From Bacilli bacterium (GTDB lineage: Bacteria > Bacillota_I > Bacilli_A > RF39 > UBA660): a stretch of 64,000 nucleotides of DNA. The translations under genes and the position numbers were made by a program. The stretch is from contig JAFRVB010000008.1 of NCBI GenBank assembly GCA_017441845.1, positions 46,143 to 110,142 on the forward strand. The letters run 5' to 3'. Shown here in pieces: positions 34,747 to 45,228 of the stretch. Below the pieces are notes generated by a model. The model had not been told where the DNA came from, made no database searches, and saw only the letters and a program-made list of their open reading frames with translations. Position 1 is the first letter of the stretch. Each line of letters opens with the position of its first letter.

Positions 34747-35316
34747 TTATAGATTTTCTTCATCTTCTTTAGTATATAGATCTAATTCTTCATCTTTTAC
34801 TTCTTCACTTTGTTCAATAAATTTATTCATATCAGGCAAATCTTCTATTGAAGATAAACCAAAATAATCTAAGAATTCATTAGTAGTTTCATAAAGAATA
34901 GGTCTTCCTGGTAAATCACTTCTACCACTCTCTTTAACAAAACCTTTCGCAACTAACTTTCTAATTAATTGAGAAGAACTAACTCCTCTTAAATTATCTA
35001 CTTTAATTCTAGTTATAGGTTCATTATAAGCTATTATCGCTAAAGTTTCTAAAGCTGCTTGAGATAATTTATTAGTAATAGGATTCTCTATTAATTTCTT
35101 ATAATACTCTTTATGTTCTTCTTTAGTAGTTAGTTTAAATCTATTACCTAAAAAATCTATTCTAATACCACGATTATCATCTTCATAATCTTTTTTTAAT
35201 TCAGTTACTAATTCTTTAGCTTCATCATTACTTATTTCTAATACTTCTTCTATTTGTTCAAGAGTTAATCCATCTTCACCCATCACAAATAATAGTCCTT
35301 CTAATACTGCTTTCAT
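34747..35316 (-). CDS. scpB: Segregation and condensation protein B
   Basis: LEGLLFVMGEDGLT..LETLAIIAYNEPITR..RGVSS...IRKLV.KGFV. It overlaps scpA. Confidence 0.9.
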   Translation of the reverse strand: MKAVLEGLLFVMGEDGLTLEQIEEVLEISNDEAKELVTELKKDYEDDNRGIRIDFLGNRFKLTTKEEHKEYYKKLIENPITNKLSQAALETLAIIAYNEPITRIKVDNLRGVSSSQLIRKLVAKGFVKESGRSDLPGRPILYETTNEFLDYFGLSSIEDLPDMNKFIEQSEEVKDEELDLYTKEDEENL

Positions 35317-36035
35317 TTAACACTCTCCACAATAATATCTTCAAAATTATTATCTTGTTTTATCTTTAATTCTTTATTTTTACACATCTCTAATATAGCA
35401 AGAAAAGTCGCTACAATATACTCTTTAGTATCTACAGAGAATAATTCAAAGAAAGATACTTTTTTCTTCTTCTTTAAGACACTTCTAATCTCTAAACATC
35501 TACTACTAACACTAATCTCCTTAACAGTTACTCTAGTTTTTAGAGGTTTACTTTTACTTTTTCTATCTAAAAACAACTTAAAAGCATTAATTAAATCTTC
35601 TATTTCACCTTCATTAGTAATATCTATATCTTCTACATAATTATTAATATTCTCAGGTAACTTAGTATAGATTAAACTTCTATTTTCTCCTTTTTCTTCT
35701 AATACATAACTAAGTTTTTTATAAGCTTCATATTCTAATAAACTTTGAATTAATTCTTCTCTAGGATCAATCTCTTCTTCATCTTCATCCATTTTCTCAT
35801 TAGGAAGTAACATCTTAGATTTAATCTCTATTAACTCTGAAGCCATTACTAAGTATTCAGAAGCTATCTCTATATTTAATTTTTCTTGTGACTCTAAATA
35901 TTCTACATATTGTTTAGTAATCTCTTCTATTTGAATATCCATTATATCCATTTCATTTATTTTAATTAAATGAAGTAATAAGTCTAATGGACCTTCAAAT
36001 TCATTAATCTTAAAGTCATAATTCATAGTAATCAC
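35313..36035 (-). CDS. scpA: Segregation and condensation protein A
   Basis: FEGPLDLLLHLIK..E.DI.DI.I..IT.QY..YL is the kleisin N-terminus. Sits immediately upstream of scpB. Confidence 0.9.
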   Translation of the reverse strand: MITMNYDFKINEFEGPLDLLLHLIKINEMDIMDIQIEEITKQYVEYLESQEKLNIEIASEYLVMASELIEIKSKMLLPNEKMDEDEEEIDPREELIQSLLEYEAYKKLSYVLEEKGENRSLIYTKLPENINNYVEDIDITNEGEIEDLINAFKLFLDRKSKSKPLKTRVTVKEISVSSRCLEIRSVLKKKKKVSFFELFSVDTKEYIVATFLAILEMCKNKELKIKQDNNFEDIIVESVK

Positions 36036-36094
36036 TCCAACTATATAGATTATAACATAAAAAGATATATGATATAATATATTTGGTGATTTAT

Positions 36095-36397
36095 ATGAAA
36101 AAATTCAGTAAAAATGATGATGAATTTATATGTGAAAATTGTGGTAAACAAGTATCTAAATTAAACTATACTTCTCGTGATCATTGTCCTTATTGTTTAT
36201 ATTCTAAACATGTAGATATTAATCCAGGAGATAGAAAAAACACTTGTTTAGGACTATTAAAACCTATTGATATAGAGAAGTTTAAAGATACTTATAAAAT
36301 TATATATAAATGTGAAAAATGTAAAGAAATTCATAAGAATATTATAGCTAATGATGATGATTATAATGAGATATTAAATATAATGAAAAACAAGTAA
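36095..36397 (+). CDS. RNHCP-domain zinc-ribbon protein
   Basis: FICENCGK..SRDHCPYCLYSKHVD..PGD matches the RNHCP signature. A second CxxC (KCEKCKE) is present. The start is moved to ATG 36095. Extended -10 TGaTATAAT at 36070-36078. Confidence 0.7.
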   Translation: MKKFSKNDDEFICENCGKQVSKLNYTSRDHCPYCLYSKHVDINPGDRKNTCLGLLKPIDIEKFKDTYKIIYKCEKCKEIHKNIIANDDDYNEILNIMKNK

Positions 36398-36414
36398 TTA
36401 ATTACTTGTTTTTA
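36386..36414. terminator. Bidirectional terminator between convergent genes
   Basis: Palindrome acaagtaat-ta-attacttgt, flanked by A5 and T5. Confidence 0.65.
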
Positions 36415-36908
36415 TTAATAATTCTAAACATATTTTTATATGTTCTCAGTATAACTTTACTATTTCTTTTATATGGTCTTCTGAAATGACCTAATTGATA
36501 ATAAACTAGTTTTTGTTCATCTTCTATTAATAATTTAACAATTCTAGTAGGTTTATCATCTATATAACGATTATCACTAGTATATCCAAATACTATAGCT
36601 GTTTTTTCAACTCCCTTATATTTTAAAATAATCATTCTAATAACTGGTTTTAAGAAATCTATAAAGAATATTAAACCGATAATACCAAATACACTGAAAA
36701 ATATTAACATAATCGCAAATATCTCTAATAAGCCAGTAGATACTTTACCTATATTATTTGATGCATTTAAGAAACATATTACTGGAGAAATAAAACCAAA
36801 GAACATAAAGACAAGCCCTAGTCCAAGTTCAATAATCTCTCCTGTACCTATACTTGCTTCTATGCACTCTAAAACAGGATAATTTAATTCTTTTTTAGTT
36901 TTACGCAT
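36402..36908 (-). CDS. Hypothetical membrane protein (168 aa)
   Basis: Three TM segments followed by a basic soluble tail. No recognised motif. Confidence 0.45.
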   Translation of the reverse strand: MRKTKKELNYPVLECIEASIGTGEIIELGLGLVFMFFGFISPVICFLNASNNIGKVSTGLLEIFAIMLIFFSVFGIIGLIFFIDFLKPVIRMIILKYKGVEKTAIVFGYTSDNRYIDDKPTRIVKLLIEDEQKLVYYQLGHFRRPYKRNSKVILRTYKNMFRIINKNK

Positions 36909-36930
36909 AGTATCACCAACTACATTATAT

Positions 36931-36960
36931 CAAAAAACATTCATTTATTCATGAATGTTT
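36931..36960 (-). terminator. Terminator after the desulfoferrodoxin gene
   Basis: aacattcat-ttattc-atgaatgtt, with an A-run at 36932-36937 on plus. Confidence 0.6.
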
Positions 36961-36972
36961 TATTATTTTACA

Positions 36973-37344
36973 TTATTTATCAGTCCAAAGACCATGTTTA
37001 TTACAATAAGCATATGTTGTATATAACTCTTCATCTTCATCTAATATAAATCTAGTTTCAGGTTCACTTCCTGGACTTAATTTATTAATTTCAATACCAC
37101 AATTAGTCTCTATAGCGATAAAAGGAATATAATGTTCTTTTTCCATAGGATGAGAAACTTCTCCTACTTTAATATCTACTATATTTTCATCAATAAATAT
37201 CTTAGGAACATGTTTTTCTACAGCAGCATCAACTGCTCTTGGGATAAGTTCCATCATCTTTTCTCCACAACAAGCTAATTCACTACTTTTATCATCAACT
37301 AACGCAACTACGTTACCACATTTATTACATTTAAAAAATCTCAT
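36973..37344 (-). CDS. dfx: Desulfoferrodoxin (2Fe superoxide reductase)
   Basis: N-terminal desulforedoxin site FKCNKCGN..ACCGE. SOR site EKHVP..HPMEKEHYI..CNKHGLW. The start is set to ATG 37344, after AGGAGGG; the longer track start would overlap dut. Confidence 0.9.
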   Translation of the reverse strand: MRFFKCNKCGNVVALVDDKSSELACCGEKMMELIPRAVDAAVEKHVPKIFIDENIVDIKVGEVSHPMEKEHYIPFIAIETNCGIEINKLSPGSEPETRFILDEDEELYTTYAYCNKHGLWTDK

Positions 37345-37363
37345 ACGATCCCTCCTATAAATA

Positions 37364-37825
37364 TTATAACTTATCTGTGGAACCAAATCCACCCATTCTA
37401 TTTCCAGAAGCTTTATCATTATCAGTAATTAAGTATTTCATAAATACTCCTTGTCCAATAGCTTCACCCTTCTTAATAGTAATATCTTCATCTTTAACGT
37501 TATAGAAAGCAAACATAATATGACCGTCATTATCAGGATTACCATAATAATCTTTATCAATTACTCCTACTGAGTTAGCTAAAACAAGTCCCTTTTTCTT
37601 AGGATTAGAACTTCTATTATATAAATATAATACTTCATCTTCTCCCATATAAGCTTTAATACCAGTAGGTATAAATGTAGGAGTATTACTCTTACAAGGA
37701 ACTATTGTATCTTCAGCACACTCTATATCATATCCTGCTGAAAACTTAGTTTTTCTAACTGGTAAATTGATATCTTTATCTTCATAACCTTTACATATTT
37801 CAAATCCACGTACTTTTAATTTCAT
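37364..37825 (-). CDS. dut: dUTP diphosphatase
   Basis: SAGYDI, NSVGVIDKDYYG, RMGGFGST motifs. The start is set to ATG 37825, after GGAGG. Confidence 0.85.
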   Translation of the reverse strand: MKLKVRGFEICKGYEDKDINLPVRKTKFSAGYDIECAEDTIVPCKSNTPTFIPTGIKAYMGEDEVLYLYNRSSNPKKKGLVLANSVGVIDKDYYGNPDNDGHIMFAFYNVKDEDITIKKGEAIGQGVFMKYLITDNDKASGNRMGGFGSTDKL

Positions 37826-37872
37826 AATTACCTCCATAATTATTATATCAAAAAAAAGGAGATATTACACTC

Positions 37873-38484
37873 CTAATAACCATACCTTAAAACTTCATAT
37901 TTGATACTACTTACTCCATATTTATAAGCTTCAGCTTCACTACCAACAAGCACATCAAACATGAATCTTCTACCAGAACCAATATTTCCTCCTCTATCTA
38001 ATACTACTCCTGTAAAAGTACCTAGAGGTGTACCACTAATTCTGATGATAGTACCATAAGAAAACTCTCTTCCCGCAGCTAAAGCACGTACATAACCAAA
38101 TTTAGGGTCATTATAATAAGATCCTTTTAAAGTTTTACCCGCTCCTACTCTACCAGAGCATCCTGCACAATTAAGCCCATAATAAGATACTCTACCAGAA
38201 CCACTTCTTAAAGTTTTCGCATTAACTTTTTTACTCTCTAACTTAAGATTAGATTCAGACGCTATTCTTGCTTGAATCTTCTTTTGTTCTGCTCTTTTTT
38301 TAGCTAATCTTCTCTTTTCTATCTCTTTCTTTATACTAACTGTATTAACAGTGTTACTCTTTAAAGACTTAGTAGTAAGAGAAGTATTTACTTTTTTCAT
38401 ATTATAATCTGGTGTAATTAAAAATAATCCAGATCCAATCATAATAAGAGAAATTATTAACATATAATAAGTATATTTCTTCAT
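37873..38484 (-). CDS. Membrane-anchored 3D-domain / double-psi beta-barrel (MltA/RlpA-like) cell-wall protein
   Basis: GRVSYYG..CAGCSG..GTIIRI..VVLDRGGNIGSGRRFMFDVLVGSEAEAYKYG. The start is set to ATG 38484 (MKKYTYY), after GAGGAG. Confidence 0.6.
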   Translation of the reverse strand: MKKYTYYMLIISLIMIGSGLFLITPDYNMKKVNTSLTTKSLKSNTVNTVSIKKEIEKRRLAKKRAEQKKIQARIASESNLKLESKKVNAKTLRSGSGRVSYYGLNCAGCSGRVGAGKTLKGSYYNDPKFGYVRALAAGREFSYGTIIRISGTPLGTFTGVVLDRGGNIGSGRRFMFDVLVGSEAEAYKYGVSSIKYEVLRYGY

Positions 38485-38540
38485 ATAAAAACTCCTCAAA
38501 GATATACTATCATATCTTTGAGAAGCAATCAAGTTTACTA

Positions 38541-41111
38541 TTAATCTCTAAATTTCTTTCTTAGGAATGGTTTCATAAATTCATATATAAAGAATGAAAA
38601 TACATTGAATAATAATACCATTAATACATTAGTAATAGTTAATGTAGAAATACTAATAATAGAACCTACAGGTGTTAAGAAGAATACTAATTCTACCAAT
38701 AATAATATTACTAAACTTATATTCATTACTTTATTAGAGAAGAATCCTTGATTAATAATTGGACTCTTTAAATTACGACAAGTAACCGCATAAACTAATT
38801 CTTGGATAACTAATGATAATAGAGCTACTTCCATCGCAATAGATGGATTAATACTTAAGGTATAGAAGTATACAAATAATACCATTATTGTTTCAACAAT
38901 TGCTGAAGTAATAAGACAAGCTAATATAAATGGAGTAAATATAGGTTTATTAACACTATTAGGTTTTTCATTCATAATACCAGTAGCTGCCCCTTCAAAT
39001 GATAAGGCAATAGAAGGAATAGAATCAGTTATTAAATCGATAAATAATATATGTATTGGTAATAAGATAATATTTCCAGTAAACATACCAGTAATAACAA
39101 TTAATAATTCCGCAATATTAGAAGATAGTGAGTAAACAACATTATTCCTAATATTAGCAAATATTCTTCTACCTTCTTTTATAGCAACTACTATAGTTGA
39201 AAAACTTTCTTCTAAAAGTACAACATCACTTACATTTTTAGTAACATCAGTACCAGTAATACCCATACCTATACCAACATTAGCATCTTTAATAGCAGGA
39301 GCATCATTAACTCCATCCCCTGTCATCGCAACTATCAAATCTTGTTTTTGTAAAGCATGAATAATTCTCAATTTATGAATAGGATTAACTCTCGCATAAA
39401 CATTATATTTATTAACAACTTCTACTAATTCTTCATCACTATACTTATCTAATTCAGAACCTAAAATACCTTCAGAATCATCCTTAATAATACCTACTTC
39501 TTTCGCAATAGCACAAGCAGTAATTAATGAGTCTCCTGTAATCATAATAGGTCTAATTGAGGCTTTCTTACACTGTTTAACGCTTTCTTTAACACTCTTT
39601 CTAGGTGGATCAATAATACCTACTACACCACAAAGAATTAAATCAGATTCCTCTTCTAAAACAGCTTTACTACTCTTAGGAGTATTATCTAACTCTTTAT
39701 AAGCATAACTCATAACTCTTAAAGCATCTTTAGCCATATTATTAGCCATATCAGTTATTTCTTTCTTCTTAGAATCACTTAATTTAGTCTTTTTATCACC
39801 AATATAACTACATTTATTTAAGACATTAGAGAAAGACCCTTTAACAAACAAATAACTCTTACCATCAATAAAATTAACAGTACTCATCATTTTCCTATCT
39901 GAATCAAACGGAGCAGAAATAATCCTCTTATGATTAATTCTCATATCCATTACATCTATATTTTTCTCTTGTAGATAATCATATAGACAACTCTCAGTAG
40001 GATCTCCAACTAACTTATCATCTTCAATTAACGTATCATTACATAAACCAAAGACATAATTTAACATTTCTTGATTATAAACTACGTCTTTAACAACATG
40101 CATCTTATTTTGCGTAATAGTACCAGTCTTATCAGAACATATTACATTGATTGAACCAAGAGTTTCAACCGCACTCATCTGACGAACTACAGCTTTCCTT
40201 TTTAATAAAGCACTTGTTCCATTAGATAGAGTTATTGTGATAACAGCAGGTAATCCTTCTGGTATCGCAGCAACCGCTAGTGATGCACACAACATAATAG
40301 CTTCCATCAAAGTACTATTAGTAAATACACTATAGAAAAAGATAAATATTAAGATTAAGAATATTAATTTAGTAATAGTTTTACTAATTTCACTTATCTT
40401 TCTCTCTAGAGGTGTTTCAACTCTATATGGAGTATTCAAAGATGTAGCTATTTTACCTAATTCAGTATTCATACCAGTAGCTGTAACAATAGCTTCACAT
40501 CTACCACTAGTAACATTACTAGATGAGAAAATCATATTAAATTGATCTTGTATCTGATTACCCTCTTTAATAACATGAGAAACTTTTTCTATCGGAACAC
40601 TTTCTCCAGTTAAAGCAGATTCATCTACAAAGAAATTATCAGCTTCAATAATTCTAGCATCAGCAGCTACTCTATCTCCTGCTTGTAAAACAATGATATC
40701 TCCTACTACTATATCTTTAGAATCAATTAATTCTAATTTACCATCTCTTTTAACTAAAGATTTTTTTACTATATAACTCTTTAATCCTTCTAAAGTAACT
40801 TCTGCTTTTACTTCTTGTAAAAAACCCATTATCGCATTTAAAAATACAACTACAAAAATAACAATAGGATCAGTAAAATTATGATCTACTAAGAATCCAT
40901 AAATAGTCATAACTATACCTACTATTATTAAGATAACAATCATCATATCTTTAAATTGCTCTAAAAAGATACTAAATTTAGATCTACTCTTCTTCTCAAT
41001 TAACTCATTATATCCATCTTTTTCTAATCTCTTAGAAGCTTCAGAAGAAGATAATCCCTCTTTAGAACTATTTAATAATTTGTATATTTCATCTATCTTT
41101 TTATTATACAT
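38541..41111 (-). CDS. P-type Ca2+-transporting ATPase (YloB/PMCA-SERCA-like)
   Basis: TGES, CSDKTGTITQNKM, MITGDS, GDGVNDAPAIK, and about 10 TM segments. Confidence 0.9.
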   Translation of the reverse strand: MYNKKIDEIYKLLNSSKEGLSSSEASKRLEKDGYNELIEKKSRSKFSIFLEQFKDMMIVILIIVGIVMTIYGFLVDHNFTDPIVIFVVVFLNAIMGFLQEVKAEVTLEGLKSYIVKKSLVKRDGKLELIDSKDIVVGDIIVLQAGDRVAADARIIEADNFFVDESALTGESVPIEKVSHVIKEGNQIQDQFNMIFSSSNVTSGRCEAIVTATGMNTELGKIATSLNTPYRVETPLERKISEISKTITKLIFLILIFIFFYSVFTNSTLMEAIMLCASLAVAAIPEGLPAVITITLSNGTSALLKRKAVVRQMSAVETLGSINVICSDKTGTITQNKMHVVKDVVYNQEMLNYVFGLCNDTLIEDDKLVGDPTESCLYDYLQEKNIDVMDMRINHKRIISAPFDSDRKMMSTVNFIDGKSYLFVKGSFSNVLNKCSYIGDKKTKLSDSKKKEITDMANNMAKDALRVMSYAYKELDNTPKSSKAVLEEESDLILCGVVGIIDPPRKSVKESVKQCKKASIRPIMITGDSLITACAIAKEVGIIKDDSEGILGSELDKYSDEELVEVVNKYNVYARVNPIHKLRIIHALQKQDLIVAMTGDGVNDAPAIKDANVGIGMGITGTDVTKNVSDVVLLEESFSTIVVAIKEGRRIFANIRNNVVYSLSSNIAELLIVITGMFTGNIILLPIHILFIDLITDSIPSIALSFEGAATGIMNEKPNSVNKPIFTPFILACLITSAIVETIMVLFVYFYTLSINPSIAMEVALLSLVIQELVYAVTCRNLKSPIINQGFFSNKVMNISLVILLLVELVFFLTPVGSIISISTLTITNVLMVLLFNVFSFFIYEFMKPFLRKKFRD

Positions 41112-41164
41112 ATAATCACCATACCATCTTAATTATATTATTAAAAAACATAATTTTCAATAAA

Positions 41165-41190
41165 AGAAAAAATCAGTTTTCACTGATTTT
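41165..41190 (-). terminator. Terminator after the 265-aa gene
   Basis: aaatcagt-tttc-actgattt, with an A-run on plus upstream. Confidence 0.65.
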
Positions 41191-41986
41191 AAGGCATCTT
41201 TTCACATTTATATCCAGCACTTTGTACTTTACTCTGTACTGTATCAACATTCTCTCCAGCACTGAATTCTGGATATGTTCCTCCTGCTTCTGCAAAAGCA
41301 GCCTTCATACTTGCCATATCCATTGTATCTAAATTAAATTCTTGAACAACAGTAGCATTAGTAGAAGTAATTGAACATGTAATAGTAAGTCCTACAACAC
41401 TACTAGTCTTTTGATCTAAATCTCTACAAGCATGATCAATAGCTTCTAATTCTTTAGTATCTTGAGTAGAACCAGTAGAAGATTCTTCATATTTATAATT
41501 AATTATTCTACTATTAGCAAATTTAAAGTTTTGACTATACTCTACTTTCAAAGTATCAGTATTTTTAGTCATACTACATCTTAAATGTCCGTTAATTAAA
41601 GCTTCATTATCTTTTTGATTTTTCCATTCACTTAATTTCTCAGAAATAGTAGGTAAAAAGATAGCAAAAGCTAATAATAATATTACTAAAAGGAATCCAA
41701 AAAATCTTTTTACTCCAGCATGAGGATCCTCAGTAAATGTTTTTACTTCTTTTTCTTTTTTCTCTTTACTCTTCTCATAAGCCGCTAAATTAATTTGAGG
41801 ATTAGCTTTTTGATCTTGAATCATTCTAGTATGTAGTGCTATATCTTCATTATTTTGATTATTATTAGTATTCACACTATTATCAGGTTGTATCTCTGGT
41901 TGAACAGTATTATTAACTTGAACATTCTCGTCCATTGGTTGTAATACAGGTTCATTATTGTTTTGATTATTATCCATAACAATCAC
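41189..41986 (-). CDS. Membrane-anchored hypothetical protein with an N/Q-rich cytoplasmic N-terminus
   Basis: A low-complexity N/Q head, a single TM segment (FFGFLLVILLLAFAIFL) and an extracytoplasmic domain of about 150 aa. Confidence 0.45.
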   Translation of the reverse strand: MIVMDNNQNNNEPVLQPMDENVQVNNTVQPEIQPDNSVNTNNNQNNEDIALHTRMIQDQKANPQINLAAYEKSKEKKEKEVKTFTEDPHAGVKRFFGFLLVILLLAFAIFLPTISEKLSEWKNQKDNEALINGHLRCSMTKNTDTLKVEYSQNFKFANSRIINYKYEESSTGSTQDTKELEAIDHACRDLDQKTSSVVGLTITCSITSTNATVVQEFNLDTMDMASMKAAFAEAGGTYPEFSAGENVDTVQSKVQSAGYKCEKMP

Positions 41987-42012
41987 CCCTTATCATACAC
42001 ATTATAACAAAT

Positions 42013-42651
42013 TTATCTCAAACTATCTATATTTTTTTGATAATTATCCCCTTCTAAAATATAACTACCAGCAGTGACCATATCACAGTCTCTACAGTAT
42101 TTAATAGTATCATCATTTACTCCACCATCTATATTAATAACTATGTCATTAAGATTATATTCTTCAAATAATTTTCTAATCTCTTTAACCTTCTCTTCAG
42201 ATGAAGTAATAAATGTTTGTCCTCCCTCTCCAGGTTCAACACTCATCACAAGTATTAAATCTATATAAGGAAGATATGGAATAATATCCCTAATATTAGT
42301 ATTAGGTTTAATAGATAAACCCACTTTAATAGAATAAGATTTTATTAACTTAATTAATTTATTAATATCTTCATTAATCTCTACATGAATAGTAATATAC
42401 TCAGTATTTAAACTAGCATATTTATGAATATACTTTTCTGGATCAGCACACATCAAATGAACATCTAATCTTTTATCAGTATATTTATAAATATTTTTCA
42501 TCTCACTGAAAGGCATAGTTTTATTCTTAACAAACTTACCATCCATAACATCAACATGTATATAATCACAATCTGTTTCATTTAGTAATTTTAAATCACG
42601 TGGAGCATTATCACTAGTTAAAAAAGATACACTAACTTTCATTATAATCAT
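42013..42651 (-). CDS. rpe: Ribulose-phosphate 3-epimerase
   Basis: S.L..D......L......D.IHVDVMDGKFV..VHLM..P..Y......VEPG.GGQ.F. Conserved position after rsgA. Confidence 0.85.
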   Translation of the reverse strand: MIIMKVSVSFLTSDNAPRDLKLLNETDCDYIHVDVMDGKFVKNKTMPFSEMKNIYKYTDKRLDVHLMCADPEKYIHKYASLNTEYITIHVEINEDINKLIKLIKSYSIKVGLSIKPNTNIRDIIPYLPYIDLILVMSVEPGEGGQTFITSSEEKVKEIRKLFEEYNLNDIVINIDGGVNDDTIKYCRDCDMVTAGSYILEGDNYQKNIDSLR

Positions 42652-43465
42652 CTCCTATAAATTTTAGATAATTAATATATCTACTCTTTAATATATTATT
42701 ATCTAAAACAGCTTCATATACACCACAATTATCTGTATTTTTATGCATACAATCTCTATATTCACAATTATAGTTCTTAAATTCAATGAAGGCATCTCTA
42801 ATCTCTTCTTTAGAATAATCACCTAAATCTAAAGCAGAAAATCCAGGAGTATCAATACATAAACCACCACATAACTCATACATTGAAGTCTCTCTAGTAG
42901 TATGACGTCCTCTACCTAACGCAAGACTCACTTCTCCAACTTCAATATCATATGTAGAATCAAGTTTATTAATTAATGTAGATTTACCTGCTCCAGTTTG
43001 ACCTGTAAATACAGATACTTTATCTTTCAATAACTTACTAATTTCATCTAACTCAGTATTAAATAATACTTTATATCCTATTTTTTTATAATATTCTAAA
43101 TCTTCATCAAATTTATTCATATCATCAACTAAATCACCTTTAGTAATAATAATTATTGGTTCTACATGATTTAATTCCATATGAATAATAAATTTATCTA
43201 ATAAATTTAAACTAAAATCAGGAACAACTAAACTAGTAATAATAAATGCTTGATCTATATTACTAACTTTAGGTCTTTTAAAACAATTTTTTCTAGGTTC
43301 TATTCTATCTATAACTAATTTTTCTGTATCAAAAAGAACATAATCACCCACTAAGGGTAGAATATGTTCATGTCTCATATAACCTCTACATTTACAAGGA
43401 TAAACTGAATTTTCATATTTTACATAGTGTAAGTCACTAACTATTTTAACAATTTGTCCTTTCAT
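42632..43465 (-). CDS. rsgA: Ribosome small-subunit-dependent GTPase A
   Basis: Circularly permuted GTPase: ITKGDL .. GQTGAGKSTLIN .. RGRHTTR .. DTPGF. C-terminal Zn cluster C.YRDC.H....C. Confidence 0.9.
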   Translation of the reverse strand: MKGQIVKIVSDLHYVKYENSVYPCKCRGYMRHEHILPLVGDYVLFDTEKLVIDRIEPRKNCFKRPKVSNIDQAFIITSLVVPDFSLNLLDKFIIHMELNHVEPIIIITKGDLVDDMNKFDEDLEYYKKIGYKVLFNTELDEISKLLKDKVSVFTGQTGAGKSTLINKLDSTYDIEVGEVSLALGRGRHTTRETSMYELCGGLCIDTPGFSALDLGDYSKEEIRDAFIEFKNYNCEYRDCMHKNTDNCGVYEAVLDNNILKSRYINYLKFIGDDYNES

Positions 43466-43473
43466 TTATCCTC

Positions 43474-45228
43474 CTATTCAGATGGTTCTGGTGTTGGTGT
43501 CGTTGTAGGTTTAGGTGTTTCTTTAGGTTTAACTGCAACAGTAATAGTCAATGTTGAACCTTTAATTATAGTACTTCCTGCGCTCAATGATTGACCTATT
43601 ACAGTATCTTCAGCATTAATTGCAGACTCCTCAGACTTCTCTTTACAAGTTAAACCATATTGCTTACAGAAAGCATATACTTCATCTTTATGTTTACCAT
43701 AGAAATTAGGCATAGTCTCTAAAACATTAGGTACAAACAGTGTAATACTATCTCCTGCTTTAACCTTAGTACCTTTAGGTAAACTTTGTTCAATGATTAA
43801 TTCAGAATCTTCAACAGGTTTACTAACGTCTTTTTTCTCAATAGTTACTTTCAATCCATAATCAGATTCTAATTTATTCTTAACTTCTGCATAATTCTTA
43901 CCAGTATAATCTTCTAATTCAAAAGTTTCTTCTCCTTTTGATTTATAAATAGTAACCTTAGTACCATATTTAACACTACGTCCTGCTTCAGGATTAGTTT
44001 TAACTACTCGATCTTCTTTAACATCAGTAGAATATACTTTCTTAATAGTAGGATTTACTTCAAATCCTAAAGCTTGTAATTTCTTCTCACAAGTTTCTAC
44101 TTTATATCCTTCACAGTTAGGAATCTCTACATTATCTTTCTTAGAGAATAATGGGAATACTCCAAAAACTAATATTAGAGCTAATATAGCTACTCCTAAG
44201 ATTGATGATAAAGCTATAATTAATTTTTTATTTCTTTTATCTTCTTTATCGTCCTCGATCTTTTCAGCTATTTCAGCAGTATCTTCAACATCCTCTTCTT
44301 CATCTTTCTTAGCTTCTTCTTTAGCTTTAGCAGCTTCAGCTTTCTTCTTTTCACTCATTTCATGTTCAGGATATTTAAATTTAATTTTTTCTTCATTCAT
44401 ACGACTCTCATCTAAAGCAGTTAATAAATCTTCATGCATTTCACGAGAATCTTCATATCTATTTTTAGGATTCTTAGCTGTTGCTTTTAAAATTATATTT
44501 TCAATACTTTGAGGTATCTCAGGATTATCCTTTCTAATACTTGGAAGAGGATCCCTCATTTGTTTAAGAGCTATCTCAACAGCATTTTCTCCTTTAAATG
44601 GTAATTTACCAGTTAATAATTCATAAAAGATAATTCCCATTGAATAAATATCGCTTTTAACAGTTGCTCCCTTACCAGAAGCTTGTTCTGGAGGTAGATA
44701 ATGAACTGATCCCATTACTGAATTAGTTTGTGTTAATTGTGTACTATTAAGTGCCATCGCAATACCAAAATCAGTAATTTTAATTTGTCCATCATCTTTA
44801 ATCATTATATTTTGAGGCTTTAAGTCTCTATGAATAATATATGAATCATGGGCATGACTCATACCATCAGTTAATTGAGACATAATGTCTAATGTTTCTG
44901 ATAGAGTCAAACTTCCACGTTTCTTTAATAATTGTTTTAAAGTTATACCATCAATAAACTCCATGACGATATAGTATAGACCATCATCTTCTCCTACATC
45001 ATACATCTCAACAATATTAGGATGAGCTAATGATGAAGCAGATAATGCTTCTCTTTGGAATCTTCTAACAAATTTCTCATCATTAGATAAATCTCCACGT
45101 AATACTTTAATCGCTACATTTCTATCTAAGATAGTATCGTATCCTAGATAAACATTAGCCATACCACCTTCACCAATAGATCTTATGACTTCATAACGAT
45201 CATTAATTTTTTGCCCCTTTGCTATCAT
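43474..45228 (-). CDS. prkC: Ser/Thr protein kinase with three PASTA domains
   Basis: GEGGMANVY, HRDLKPQN, DFGIA, a TM segment, then three PASTA-like units. Confidence 0.9.
   Translation of the reverse strand: MIAKGQKINDRYEVIRSIGEGGMANVYLGYDTILDRNVAIKVLRGDLSNDEKFVRRFQREALSASSLAHPNIVEMYDVGEDDGLYYIVMEFIDGITLKQLLKKRGSLTLSETLDIMSQLTDGMSHAHDSYIIHRDLKPQNIMIKDDGQIKITDFGIAMALNSTQLTQTNSVMGSVHYLPPEQASGKGATVKSDIYSMGIIFYELLTGKLPFKGENAVEIALKQMRDPLPSIRKDNPEIPQSIENIILKATAKNPKNRYEDSREMHEDLLTALDESRMNEEKIKFKYPEHEMSEKKKAEAAKAKEEAKKDEEEDVEDTAEIAEKIEDDKEDKRNKKLIIALSSILGVAILALILVFGVFPLFSKKDNVEIPNCEGYKVETCEKKLQALGFEVNPTIKKVYSTDVKEDRVVKTNPEAGRSVKYGTKVTIYKSKGEETFELEDYTGKNYAEVKNKLESDYGLKVTIEKKDVSKPVEDSELIIEQSLPKGTKVKAGDSITLFVPNVLETMPNFYGKHKDEVYAFCKQYGLTCKEKSEESAINAEDTVIGQSLSAGSTIIKGSTLTITVAVKPKETPKPTTTPTPEPSE

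Noticed and set aside
36973-37419. Long (148-aa) version of the desulfoferrodoxin ORF
   Set aside because: The extension overlaps the 3' end of dut. The ATG at 37344 is preceded by AGGAGGG and yields the canonical MRFFKCNKCG N-terminus.
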